Source: a virus (Duplodnaviria; Caudoviricetes). Taken from it: 55,943 bases of DNA. The notes beneath the pieces are model-generated. The model ran no database searches. It had not been told where the DNA came from and saw nothing but the letters and a program-made list of their open reading frames with translations. The stretch lies in the IMG/VR virus record IMGVR_UViG_3300047399_000091, positions 1-55,943 of that record; one strand, written 5' to 3'. Both the position numbers and the translations under genes were made by a program. This document shows positions 1-9,641 of this stretch, piece by piece (the stretch's first letter is position 1; each line of letters opens with the position of its first letter).

Positions 1-281
1 AGAGCGTGCTGCGTGCTGGCACCGCCAACAACGACATCAACCCGATCAAATCGATCGGGCTGCTGCCGGAAGGTGCAACGGTTATTAGCCGTTTGACCTC
101 GGCGACGAACTGGTGGGTGGAAACCGACGCACCCGAGGGCATGAAGCTCTTGATGCGTCGTGCTTTGGAGAAAACCATGGAAGGCGATTTCGAAACCGAC
201 TCCATGCGTTACAAAGCCACCGAGCGTTACCAAGTTGGTTGGACCGACTGGCGTGCAATGTACGGCACTCCTGGAGTGTAA
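1..281 (+). CDS. Major capsid protein, C-terminal part (continues gene starting at 55377)
   Basis: Open from the window edge: SVLRAGTANNDINP...EGDFETDSMRYKATERYQVGWTDWRAMYGTPGV, typical Mu gpT-like capsid C-terminus; followed by a terminator. Confidence 0.9.
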   Translation, partial: SVLRAGTANNDINPIKSIGLLPEGATVISRLTSATNWWVETDAPEGMKLLMRRALEKTMEGDFETDSMRYKATERYQVGWTDWRAMYGTPGV

Positions 282-288
282 ACTGAAT

Positions 289-319
289 GGGGTCGGGACA
301 ACACCCGACCCCTTTTTTT
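289..319 (+). terminator. Intrinsic terminator after capsid gene
   Basis: GGGGTCGGG-acaaca-CCCGACCCC followed by T7. Confidence 0.9.
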
Positions 320-354
320 AGAATTTATTCGTCAAGCTTTTCAAGGAGAAGACG

Positions 355-1119
355 ATGCCTCAATTTAGTGATGATTTGTTTCTCGGCTCTGCGGTTACCT
401 ACATGGGGATCAATACCAGTTCTGCGCTGGGTGATCCTGCTCCCATGGATCTGGGCGTTGGTCCTGTTGGTCGGGTTTATGTCTGGGATTCTGTCCCCGC
501 TGCTAAAGCAGCCAACAACCTCGTTACGAGCGTCACGCCTACGGGCGCTGCGACGCTGACTCTTGTTGCCGGTGCTGGCGTTACCGCTGTCACGCTGGCC
601 AATGGCTCCGCTGCATATCAGCTCGATATGCCCCGTGCTGTTTCGGTAACAACTGCTTCTGGCACCCATGCTTCGGCAAACCTGACTGTCTCGGGATACG
701 ACTACTACGGTCAAGCGATGAGCGAAGTTATTGCGTCGAGCGGATCAGCCAGCACGACTGTTAATGGTAAAAAAGCGTTTTTCCAGATCACTGGAATTAC
801 GATTTCTGGTGGCACGACTGGCGCGATTACCGTTGGCACGACGGATATTCTTGGGTGCCCTGTTCGTTTCAACGACAAGGGCTATATCGCTCGCTGCGGC
901 TGGAACAATGTTCTGGCTGAAGATGCGGCTACGGTCGTTGTTGCTGATGCGACGACTGCCACGACGACGACTGGTGACGTTCGCGGCACGGTTGTTCCGA
1001 GCTCGGCTTGCGACGGTGCAAAACGCTTGGTTGTTGCTGTTCTGCTGACTGGTATTCAGTGTGGTCCGAATGCTACCCGCGCTGGCGCTCTCGGCGTTAA
1101 CCAGAACTTGGCTTCCTGA
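355..1119 (+). CDS. Virion structural protein (possible head decoration)
   Basis: AGGAG RBS; 254 aa Ala/Thr/Gly-rich; immediately after capsid gene. Confidence 0.65.
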   Translation: MPQFSDDLFLGSAVTYMGINTSSALGDPAPMDLGVGPVGRVYVWDSVPAAKAANNLVTSVTPTGAATLTLVAGAGVTAVTLANGSAAYQLDMPRAVSVTTASGTHASANLTVSGYDYYGQAMSEVIASSGSASTTVNGKKAFFQITGITISGGTTGAITVGTTDILGCPVRFNDKGYIARCGWNNVLAEDAATVVVADATTATTTTGDVRGTVVPSSACDGAKRLVVAVLLTGIQCGPNATRAGALGVNQNLAS

Positions 1120-1131
1120 TAGGAGAACAAA

Positions 1132-1950
1132 ATGGCAACTAGTTTTAAACGTGAACCCAAAATGTTCACCACCGAGCCTTCCGCTGACGAAGTCGGCGGC
1201 GGGATGAAGCGCGGTGGCAAAGCCAAGAAAATGATGGACGGTGGCGCTCCGATGGTCTCTCCGATGGTAGCGCCTGCTCGTCGTCGGATGCCTGTAGCCA
1301 AACCGGCTGTCATGGCTCGTCGGGCTGCTATGCCTGTCGTGATGCGTAAAAAAGGTGGCGAGGTCGAAACGCCCAAACAGCATAAAGCAGAAATGCACGC
1401 TATGGGCAGGATCGAAAAAGAGCTTAAACACCACGAGAGCATGCGCGCGAGCAAAGCTCACAAAGGTCTTAAAGCTGGTGGCTCGCCTGCGCCCAAAGCT
1501 GGTCCGAATGTTATGGGTGGTTTGGCAGGTGGTTTGGAAGCAACTCGTCCGGTGAAGTCGAAAATGACTGGCGGTGTGCGCTCTCCTGGCTATAAGTCGG
1601 GCGGGAACATTGGCAAAGCAATGGCATTTGAAACCGTCACGACCAAAAAACCGAAACTCGACCTTAACGACAAAGTCGTCAGTGCAGAGAAATCCAAACC
1701 GGTGCGCGGCAACAAAGGCATCGAGGGTGTTGGCTACAAAGCTTGCGGTCGTCTGAAGAAATACGCCTCTGGCGGTATGGCGATCGCTGCCAAATACCAA
1801 CACAAAATTAACGACGCCTCCTCGCCCAAACGTGTTAAAGGTAGCACGGGTAAGCTGGAAGGTTCCAAGTACAAAGATGGCGGTCACGTAGCGATGAAGT
1901 GCCACTCGGAAGGTGGTTTCACTGCTATGAAGAAAATGTCCAAGTGCTAA
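1132..1950 (+). CDS. Lys/Met-rich basic protein with ~8 xxxGG motifs (candidate internal/core protein)
   Basis: AGGAG RBS; MKRGG, MMDGG, RKKGG, LKAGG, YKSGG, YASGG, YKDGG, HSEGG. Confidence 0.7.
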   Translation: MATSFKREPKMFTTEPSADEVGGGMKRGGKAKKMMDGGAPMVSPMVAPARRRMPVAKPAVMARRAAMPVVMRKKGGEVETPKQHKAEMHAMGRIEKELKHHESMRASKAHKGLKAGGSPAPKAGPNVMGGLAGGLEATRPVKSKMTGGVRSPGYKSGGNIGKAMAFETVTTKKPKLDLNDKVVSAEKSKPVRGNKGIEGVGYKACGRLKKYASGGMAIAAKYQHKINDASSPKRVKGSTGKLEGSKYKDGGHVAMKCHSEGGFTAMKKMSKC

Positions 1951-1953
1951 ATT

Positions 1954-1984
1954 GTGGGCGAGGAGAAATCCTCGCCTACTTTTT
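1954..1984 (+). terminator. Intrinsic terminator
   Basis: GTGGGCGAGGA-gaaa-TCCTCGCCTAC then T-run. Confidence 0.85.
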
Positions 1985-1998
1985 ATAAAGGATTCAGC

Positions 1999-2304
1999 AT
2001 GAAAGTTCAATCACTATCTCAAGCTGGCGCAGGATCTACGTCGGCAATTGTGATGAATACAAATGCTACGCCATTCAATGTTGGATTTGGCGTAGTGGTT
2101 AGCGGAACGGTTAATTACACTGTTCAGCATACGTTTGATGATCCGGCTGTTGCATTTACGACTTGGTTCCCGCATCCGACTATTGCGAGCCAATCAGCGA
2201 GCGCTGACGGAAATTACGCTTTTCCGGTAACGGGAATTCGTTTGACGGTTAATTCCGGCGGCGGTACTGCTACTTTGAATCTGGTTCAAGCTGGTATTGC
2301 CTAA
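1999..2304 (+). CDS. Small beta-rich virion protein
   Basis: ATG at 1999 after AAGGA; the GTG at 1954 lies in the terminator stem. Confidence 0.65.
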   Translation: MKVQSLSQAGAGSTSAIVMNTNATPFNVGFGVVVSGTVNYTVQHTFDDPAVAFTTWFPHPTIASQSASADGNYAFPVTGIRLTVNSGGGTATLNLVQAGIA

Positions 2305-2306
2305 TT

Positions 2307-2546
2307 ATGTCGTATGTCGGCTATACAGGTGTAGCTGATCAAGCGCAAACCACACCTGGATGCGCTACAGGAGTTGTTGCTGACGCGAACAATGGCTATG
2401 GGAACGATGACGGTGGATCGGGAGTTGTCGATACGTATTCGTGTTTAGTTCCTCCGGTTCCTCCCGCCACTTGTTTCATTTTGATGGAAAACTCAGGCTA
2501 CGTTCTTCAAGAAGACAGTAGCAAGATTCAATTAGAGGTCTGCTAA
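2307..2546 (+). CDS. Small structural protein with C-terminal ILMENSGYVLQEDSSKIQLE motif
   Basis: Tight coupling with neighbours; LxExxxxxLxED-type motif recalled from fibre-associated phage proteins. Confidence 0.55.
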   Translation: MSYVGYTGVADQAQTTPGCATGVVADANNGYGNDDGGSGVVDTYSCLVPPVPPATCFILMENSGYVLQEDSSKIQLEVC

Positions 2547-3631
2547 TGGCTGACACAAAAATTTCCGCAATGCCAGCGGCTGCAACACTTGACGGCACAG
2601 AGATCACTCCAATTGTTCAGGCTGGTGCAAATAAACAAGTTACCACTGCAAATTATGTTTCTCAGGTATTGGATGTAACCCCTGTAAAAGTCAGTCAAGG
2701 CGGCACTAATGCCACAACCGCTGCTAATGCTCGTACGAATCTTTCGGCAGCTTATTCAGGAATTGTTCTGACTGCCAGCACTGGGCTATCTGGCGGTGGA
2801 GATCTGACTGCAAATCGTTCGTTTGCTATCGCAAACACTGGTGTAACTGCTGCAACTTATGGCTCTTCAACTCAAATTCCGGTAATTGCGGTTAATGCAC
2901 AGGGTCAAATAACAAGCGCATCTAACACCACATTGAGCGCCGCATCAATCAATTTGGCTTATGGCTCATTCCTGCAGAATGGCGCAACAACTCTTACCAA
3001 TTCAATTACAAATAATTCAACCTCTCCTATTACAGTTGGAGACACTACTGAGTTTGGTAGCTCTGGATACGTCATTGTTGAGAATGAAATTATTCAATAC
3101 GTTGATAAATCAGCTACTCAACTTGGCACGACATCGGTAACTCGCGGCGTTAAAGGCACAACTAATGTATCGCATAACGCTGGAGTTGCTGTTACAGAAG
3201 CTGCCGCTGTTGCAAATGCAACAAGCTCTCAAGCAATCAATTACGACACCACTATTTATAGCAACGATGTCAGTATTGTTTCTAATTCACAAGTAACTTT
3301 TGCAAGGGCTGGTCTGTATAACATTCAATTCAGCCTTCAATTGTTGAATTACACTACAGCGGAAGACAATGTAACTGTTTGGCTAAGACTTAACGGTGTT
3401 GATGTAGCTCAGTCTGCAAGCGTTGAGCAGGTGAACTCTAAACACGGTACTAGTCCTGGTGCTCGTATTTTGGCTTTGAATATTTTTCAGCAAGTCACTG
3501 CGGGACAATATGTTGAATTGTATTGGTCGTCTGATACAGGCAACACTGTGCTTGCTTCATTTCCGGCAGGAACTTCTCCAGTTCATCCTGTATCTCCTGC
3601 AGTCATTCTCACAGCAACACAGGTGGCATGA
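2546..3631 (+). CDS. Fibre/appendage protein with C-terminal C1q/BclA-like beta domain
   Basis: MADTKISAMP N-terminus; fibre repeat NTGVTAATYGS..VNAQGQIT; C-terminal AGLYNIQFSLQL..VWLRLNG. Confidence 0.65.
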   Translation: MADTKISAMPAAATLDGTEITPIVQAGANKQVTTANYVSQVLDVTPVKVSQGGTNATTAANARTNLSAAYSGIVLTASTGLSGGGDLTANRSFAIANTGVTAATYGSSTQIPVIAVNAQGQITSASNTTLSAASINLAYGSFLQNGATTLTNSITNNSTSPITVGDTTEFGSSGYVIVENEIIQYVDKSATQLGTTSVTRGVKGTTNVSHNAGVAVTEAAAVANATSSQAINYDTTIYSNDVSIVSNSQVTFARAGLYNIQFSLQLLNYTTAEDNVTVWLRLNGVDVAQSASVEQVNSKHGTSPGARILALNIFQQVTAGQYVELYWSSDTGNTVLASFPAGTSPVHPVSPAVILTATQVA

Positions 3632-4167
3632 TGCCTTTGATTAAGTCCAAATCAGAAAAAGCGTTCAAATCTAATATCAGAGCGGAAATCGCTGCTGGTA
3701 AACCGCAGAAGCAAGCGGTGGCGATCGCTTATTCTGTTAAACGTGCAGCAAAAAAAGCTGACGGTGGTGGGCTTTATGCTAATATTCACGCAAAACGTGA
3801 AAGAATTGCTCATGGATCAGGTGAAAAGATGCGTCGTCCTGGGCAAAAAGGTGCTCCGACTGCTCAAGCATTTATTGACGCTGCAAAAACAGCCAAAAGC
3901 TCTGGCGGTGGAGTATCATTAAGCGTTGGTCGAGGGGAAAAACTACCCACAAGCCAAGGTGCAGGGCTCACTGCCAAAGGCAGAGCGAAAGCGAATCGAG
4001 CGACGGGAAGTCACTTAAAAGCGCCAGCTCCGCACCCGAGAACTCATAAAGAAGAAGGTCGTAAAAAATCATTCTGTGCTAGAATGAGCGGTGTTGTAAA
4101 GAATGCAAAAGGCAATGCACCTCGTGCAAAAGCCTCGCTCAAACGATGGAACTGCCCAGGATGGTAA
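3628..4167 (+). CDS. Basic three-module protein, C-terminal DUF6321-like
   Basis: Modules joined by KADGGG and KSSGGG; C-terminal GLTAKGR..RKKSFCARM..LKRWNC. Confidence 0.65.
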   Translation: MMPLIKSKSEKAFKSNIRAEIAAGKPQKQAVAIAYSVKRAAKKADGGGLYANIHAKRERIAHGSGEKMRRPGQKGAPTAQAFIDAAKTAKSSGGGVSLSVGRGEKLPTSQGAGLTAKGRAKANRATGSHLKAPAPHPRTHKEEGRKKSFCARMSGVVKNAKGNAPRAKASLKRWNCPGW

Positions 4168-4168
4168 A

Positions 4169-5227
4169 ATGGCTACAAGCGGGACAGTTGGACAAACGGT
4201 TGTAACTGTTCAGAACCTAATCGACAGCGGCGCTCGTCGTGCGGGTAAATTAGCTGAGGAATTGACTGTTGAGCAGGTGCAAGCCTCCAAACAGTCGCTT
4301 TATTACGTCCTCTCCAATCTCGCTAATATTGGCATCCAATATTGGTGCATAAACAAGCTGATCGTTGGTCTAATCCCTGATCAGACTTATTATTATCTCC
4401 CTGTTGGAACGGTGGATGTGCTCAACGCTAACTACCGCACACTCACACCAATCACTGCTGGCGCTTATAGCTCCTCGGGTATTGCTTTAAACGCTTTCAA
4501 TGGTGTTGGGGATAAAACCTGTCAGCTAACTACCAACACAGGGTATATCGGAATAGATAACGGTTTCGACAATCCTGTTATGATCACGACAGTCGGAATT
4601 CTCCCTTCGATTTCAGGAACTGTCAATATCGAAATCCAGTATTCAGAAGACGATTCAACATGGACGACAATATACGCTCCAGGCGAGGTAAATTGGTCAG
4701 CAAAAACTTGGATTTATTACGACCTTCAGCCTACATTTAGCGCTCCTTATTGGAGGATTTTGCAGACTTCTGGTCCAAACATGGGGTTTTATCAGGTCGT
4801 TTTCGGAACAATGCCTGTTTCGATAAACATGGCTCGTATGAACCGAGACGACTATTCCTCGCTGCCGAATAGGAGCTTTACCGCGCTCCGTCCGTTGCAA
4901 TACTGGTTCAATCGTACGCTTCCGCAGCCTAACATGCAGCTCTGGCCAGTTCCGAATAGCATCCAGCCTCAATTAGAGCTTTGGCTTCATCGTCAAATAC
5001 AAGACGTTGGCGACCTGAGTGGGGAATTAGAGCTGCCGCAGCGTTGGTATCTTGCGATCCAGAATATGCTTGCTCATCAAATGGCGATGGAGCTTCCTGG
5101 GGTTGAACCGACACGTATTGCTTATTGCGAGCAGCAAGCTGATAAATTCTGGTCACAAGCTGAGCAAGAAGAGCGAGATAAGTCGCCGATTTATTACGCT
5201 CCGAACATAAGCTATTACACGAGATAA
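4169..5227 (+). CDS. Head-tail adaptor / tail tubular-like protein
   Basis: MATSGT start just after upstream stop; ARMNRDDYSSLPN..P.QYWFNR..LWPVP pattern of podophage adaptors. Confidence 0.6.
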   Translation: MATSGTVGQTVVTVQNLIDSGARRAGKLAEELTVEQVQASKQSLYYVLSNLANIGIQYWCINKLIVGLIPDQTYYYLPVGTVDVLNANYRTLTPITAGAYSSSGIALNAFNGVGDKTCQLTTNTGYIGIDNGFDNPVMITTVGILPSISGTVNIEIQYSEDDSTWTTIYAPGEVNWSAKTWIYYDLQPTFSAPYWRILQTSGPNMGFYQVVFGTMPVSINMARMNRDDYSSLPNRSFTALRPLQYWFNRTLPQPNMQLWPVPNSIQPQLELWLHRQIQDVGDLSGELELPQRWYLAIQNMLAHQMAMELPGVEPTRIAYCEQQADKFWSQAEQEERDKSPIYYAPNISYYTR

Positions 5228-5229
5228 AA

Positions 5230-5601
5230 ATGCCTATTTGGCTAGACACGATGGGTAATACCGTTTTGTCGATCGCGATTTGCGATCGCTGCAAAATGAA
5301 ACGTGCCTATTCAGATCTGCGCCCTGATGGGAATATCCCTGCTATCCGTGTCTGTAGTGAAGGGTGTTCTGATCAGTTCGATCCGTATCGATTACCTGCT
5401 CGACAGTCTGAAAAAATTTCATTGCGTTTTCCCCGCCCAGATGCTGATATAGCAGAGCATCAGAATGCAATCACAACAGACCCGAATATCGTTAACAATC
5501 CGAATCAATCGGTTGTTCCGATAACTGCTGGTGAATTCGGCATTGCTCCTGAGACTTCTAAAGACACAATTGACGGCGATTTAGATAATTTAAGTCCATA
5601 A
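5230..5601 (+). CDS. Zn-finger-like virion-module protein
   Basis: ICDRC...VCSEGC..D..DP pattern. Confidence 0.6.
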   Translation: MPIWLDTMGNTVLSIAICDRCKMKRAYSDLRPDGNIPAIRVCSEGCSDQFDPYRLPARQSEKISLRFPRPDADIAEHQNAITTDPNIVNNPNQSVVPITAGEFGIAPETSKDTIDGDLDNLSP

Positions 5602-5603
5602 AT

Positions 5604-8600
5604 ATGGCCAACGTACGCATAACGCAACTTCCAGTTGCTCCGGATCCAATTTCCGGCGCAGAACTTGTGCCTGTCGTTCAAAATGGACAGACGGTTCAAA
5701 CAACTGTAAGTGATTTGGTTAACAGCCCGACTCAGACTCAAACTTTCCTGACTGTTAACAATGAGCCTTCTCTTCCTAACTCTCGATATATTTCAGTTGG
5801 AACAGGATTAGGCATCACAGACGGTGGTGCACAATCATCTTTTCAGATCTATCTGAACGGAACTTCTGAATCTCTGGAGCTAGTTGGTACGGGAATTGTA
5901 GCCAAAACGGCTGCTAATACAGTCGCTGCACGCTCTATTTTGGTCGGCTCAGGGTTAGCTATATCCAATGGCGATGGGGTGGCTGGAAATCCATCTATTA
6001 CCGTTTCAGGGCTGCTTTCTGCACTGGTTGCTACCTCTGGGACAGGTCTTTTGGGTGTTGTTGGTGGCACGAACATCACCACGAATACTGTTTCTGGCGT
6101 ATCTGATCAAATTTCAGTTACTAGCGGAAACACTTCTCCTGTTGTCGGACTTGCGAATAATCCTATAGTTCCTGGAACGGGTTCAATCACTATTCCGGTT
6201 GGCACCACAGCGCAAAGGACTGGATCAAGTGGTGCTGTAAGATATAACTCAACACTCAATCAATTTGAGGGATATACAGCAACCGGTTGGCAGCAATTTT
6301 CATTGACTGGTGGGGTTACTTCATTCAGCGCTGGAACTACAGGTTTCACCCCGAATATTGCTACTACCGGTGCGGTAACGCTTGATGGAATACTGAATGT
6401 GTCAAATGGTGGAACCGGAGCTTCCACATTGACTGGTTATGTATATGGAAATGGTGTTGGGGCGATGACGTCCTCAACTACTATTCCCACTACAGCATTG
6501 AGCGGTAGCGTTACAAATGCTCAATTGCAATATAGCTCAATTACAATCAATGGTAATGCGGTAAGTCTTGGTGGATCCACTACTGTAACCGCCTCTACTA
6601 CAAGCACGCTCACTATTGGAACTGGGCTTAGTGGAGTTTCATTTAATGGATCTTCACCGGTCACCATAGCAATAGACAGCACTGTAGCCACTTTGACAGG
6701 CATTCAAACGCTGACCAATAAGACCATTAGCGGCTCGAGTAATACCCTTTCAAATATTGGCAATTCCAGCCTTACAAACAGTTCTGTGACGATTAACGGA
6801 TCGTCTGTTAGCCTTGGTGGGTCTGTTACTGTTACCGCGACAGCTTCCAATGCTTTGACCATTGGGACTGGGCTATCTGGGGCTTCATATAATGGTTCTG
6901 CTGCGGTAACGATCGCTATTGACAGCACAGTTGCGACATTGACTGGCGCCCAGACGCTTACCAACAAAACAATTAGCGGCGCATCAAATACGCTTACAAA
7001 TATTGACAATTCTTCGTTGACCAATAGCAGTGTTACGTTTAACGGAACAAGCGTTTCTTTGGGCGGTTCTGGGACTATTACCGCAAATACGACAAATAGC
7101 CTGACATTTAATAATGCAGGAACTGGCGCGGCTTCTGGAACAGCATTTAATGGTGGAACGGCATATACCATTAGCTACAACACGGTAGGCGCTTCGCCGC
7201 TTGCTGGATCGTCAAGTATTACTACGTTAGGGACGGTAACTTCTGGGACATGGAACGCTACTCCGATTGAAAATAGTTATCTTGCCAATTCTTCCCTGAC
7301 GATTGGAACGACCAGTATTAGCCTTGGAGGGACGAGCCTTACTTTGGGCGGTCTTACCTCTGTTACTCTGACGCAAAACCCGACTTCAGCGCTTCAAGCC
7401 GCGACTAAACAATATGTTGATGCTGCCGTATCTAACGTTAATTACCACGCTGCCTGCCAGTATGCGACTACGGCAGACCTTGGTTCAGTAACGTATAGCA
7501 ATGGTTCTTCAGGCGTTGGAGCCACGATAACAAATGCAGGAACTCAGGCTGCACTGGCTATTGATGGTCATATCTTTACGGCAACTGACGTTACCAATGG
7601 TGTCCGTGTTCTCGTAAAGAATGAGTCAAACGGCGCTTATAACGGTATCTATACGGTAACCAATCAGGGTTCTGTATCTACAAACTGGGTTCTGACAAGG
7701 GCAACTGATTACGACCAGACTGGGACTGGTCAGAATGAGATCGCTCCTGGTGATACTACATTCATCATCAACGGAACTGTAAACGCCAATACCCAATGGG
7801 TTCAGACTACCGATCTGCCGATCACGATTGGAACTACCGCAATCAGTTTTGTGCAGATTGGTGGTCCTGGTGCATATACAGCAGGCACTGGACTTACTCT
7901 TACCGGAACGCAGTTTTCAATCACGAATACTGCCGTTACTGCTAATAGCTATGGTTCTGCATCTTCTGTTCCGACATTTACCGTAAATGCTCAAGGACAA
8001 CTGACTGCCGCATCCAATACTTCTATTGCGATTAATGGCAATCAGATCACTTCAGGAACGGTAGGATCGTCCTATATCAGCGGTTCATACACTGGTATCA
8101 CTGGTGTAGGTACTTTGACTGCTGGAACGTGGAATGCGTCAACGATAGGTGTCGGATACGGTGGAACGGGTCTTACCACATATACAGCGGGTGATTTGCT
8201 GTATGCGTCCGGTGCTGCAACCATTTCCAAGTTGGGTATTGGGACGAATGGATATGTTTTAACCTCTAGTGGGACGGCTCCTCAGTGGTCTGCACAGAGC
8301 AGTCTATCTGTAGGCACAGCGACCAATCTTGCTGGTGGTTCTACTGGTGGAATTGCATACCAAACTGGGGCGGGTGCCACATCATTTTTGAGCCTTGGGA
8401 CAACCAATTACGTCTTAACGGCAGGCGCTTCTGCACCTCAATATGTAGCGCAAAGCACTCTTTCGGTAGGATCGGCAACCAATGCAACCAATATTTCTGG
8501 TGGCGCTGCCGGTTCAATTCCGTATAACACTGCGGCAAGCACCACATCTTTCTTGAGTCTTGGGACTAGCGGTTATGTATTAACTGCTGGAGTAAGTTCG

Positions 8601-9641
8601 CCTCAGTATGTTGCCCAATCTACTTTGTCCGTAGGTTCGGCAACTACAGCCACAACTGCGACTAATGTGGCTGGTGGCGCGGCTGGATCGTTGGTATATC
8701 AGACTGGATCGGGTGCCACTTCTACGCTGGCTCTAGGGACTTCAGGTTATTTCCTGACTGCCGGAGCATCTGCCCCGCAATGGACTCAGACTCTGCCAGT
8801 AGCAAACGGTGGGACTGGTCAAACCTCATATACTGACGGTCAGTTATTGATCGGTAATACCCTGACCACAGGACTTACCAAAGCTACCCTGACAGCCGGT
8901 TCTGGCATAACCATTACCAATGGTAACGGTTCAATTACGATTGCTTCTACCGGAGGCAGTGGAACGGTTACTTCGGTAGCGCAGACTTTCACTGGTGGAT
9001 TGATTTCGGTTTCTGGTTCACCAATTACAAGTAGTGGCACGCTGGCTCTGACGGTTGCGGGGACTTCTGGCGGCATACCGTATTTCTCCAGCGCGTCAAC
9101 ATGGGCGTCTTCGGCAGCATTGACAGCAAACGCTCTTGTGATCGGCGGTGGGGCTGGGGTTGCGCCAAGCACAACCACTACCGGAACGGGTGTTCTGACC
9201 GCTTTGGGGGTCAATACAGGCACCGCAGGCGCGTTTGTGGTCAACGGTGGGGCTTTGGGGACGCCCTCTTCTGGGACGGTCACAAACCTCACAGGAACGG
9301 CGTCAATCAACATTAATGGCACTGTAGGGGCTACCACGGCCAATACTGGAGCCTTCACAACCATTTCCGCGTCTGGTGTCATTACCTCGACCGTGGCGAC
9401 CGGAACGGCACCGTTTACTGTTGCCAGCACGACTCAGGTGGCTAACCTGAATGCGGCTACCGCAGGGACTGCTACAAATGCCACTAACGTAGCGATCACC
9501 TCAAATTCGGCTAATGCCACAAATTACCTGACTTTCGTTAGCGCCACTTCAGGTAATCTAGGTGAATTGGTAAACTCTTCAATAACTTGCAATCCGTCTA
9601 CTGGTGCTATTACTGGTGGAATTTCAGGAGGCACATTCTAA
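5604..9641 (+). CDS. Long tail fibre (1345 aa, Thr/Ser/Gly-rich, internal repeats)
   Basis: TLTNKT repeats, AATKQYVD, RVLVKNE..NGIY fibre domain, C-terminal ISGGTF. Confidence 0.85.
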   Translation: MANVRITQLPVAPDPISGAELVPVVQNGQTVQTTVSDLVNSPTQTQTFLTVNNEPSLPNSRYISVGTGLGITDGGAQSSFQIYLNGTSESLELVGTGIVAKTAANTVAARSILVGSGLAISNGDGVAGNPSITVSGLLSALVATSGTGLLGVVGGTNITTNTVSGVSDQISVTSGNTSPVVGLANNPIVPGTGSITIPVGTTAQRTGSSGAVRYNSTLNQFEGYTATGWQQFSLTGGVTSFSAGTTGFTPNIATTGAVTLDGILNVSNGGTGASTLTGYVYGNGVGAMTSSTTIPTTALSGSVTNAQLQYSSITINGNAVSLGGSTTVTASTTSTLTIGTGLSGVSFNGSSPVTIAIDSTVATLTGIQTLTNKTISGSSNTLSNIGNSSLTNSSVTINGSSVSLGGSVTVTATASNALTIGTGLSGASYNGSAAVTIAIDSTVATLTGAQTLTNKTISGASNTLTNIDNSSLTNSSVTFNGTSVSLGGSGTITANTTNSLTFNNAGTGAASGTAFNGGTAYTISYNTVGASPLAGSSSITTLGTVTSGTWNATPIENSYLANSSLTIGTTSISLGGTSLTLGGLTSVTLTQNPTSALQAATKQYVDAAVSNVNYHAACQYATTADLGSVTYSNGSSGVGATITNAGTQAALAIDGHIFTATDVTNGVRVLVKNESNGAYNGIYTVTNQGSVSTNWVLTRATDYDQTGTGQNEIAPGDTTFIINGTVNANTQWVQTTDLPITIGTTAISFVQIGGPGAYTAGTGLTLTGTQFSITNTAVTANSYGSASSVPTFTVNAQGQLTAASNTSIAINGNQITSGTVGSSYISGSYTGITGVGTLTAGTWNASTIGVGYGGTGLTTYTAGDLLYASGAATISKLGIGTNGYVLTSSGTAPQWSAQSSLSVGTATNLAGGSTGGIAYQTGAGATSFLSLGTTNYVLTAGASAPQYVAQSTLSVGSATNATNISGGAAGSIPYNTAASTTSFLSLGTSGYVLTAGVSSPQYVAQSTLSVGSATTATTATNVAGGAAGSLVYQTGSGATSTLALGTSGYFLTAGASAPQWTQTLPVANGGTGQTSYTDGQLLIGNTLTTGLTKATLTAGSGITITNGNGSITIASTGGSGTVTSVAQTFTGGLISVSGSPITSSGTLALTVAGTSGGIPYFSSASTWASSAALTANALVIGGGAGVAPSTTTTGTGVLTALGVNTGTAGAFVVNGGALGTPSSGTVTNLTGTASININGTVGATTANTGAFTTISASGVITSTVATGTAPFTVASTTQVANLNAATAGTATNATNVAITSNSANATNYLTFVSATSGNLGELVNSSITCNPSTGAITGGISGGTF

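Noticed and set aside
745-2010. 421-aa antisense ORF and similar shadow ORFs (e.g. 43186-43953, 46426-47145, 55362-55919)
   Set aside because: They mirror well-supported genes on the other strand and have no recognisable motifs.
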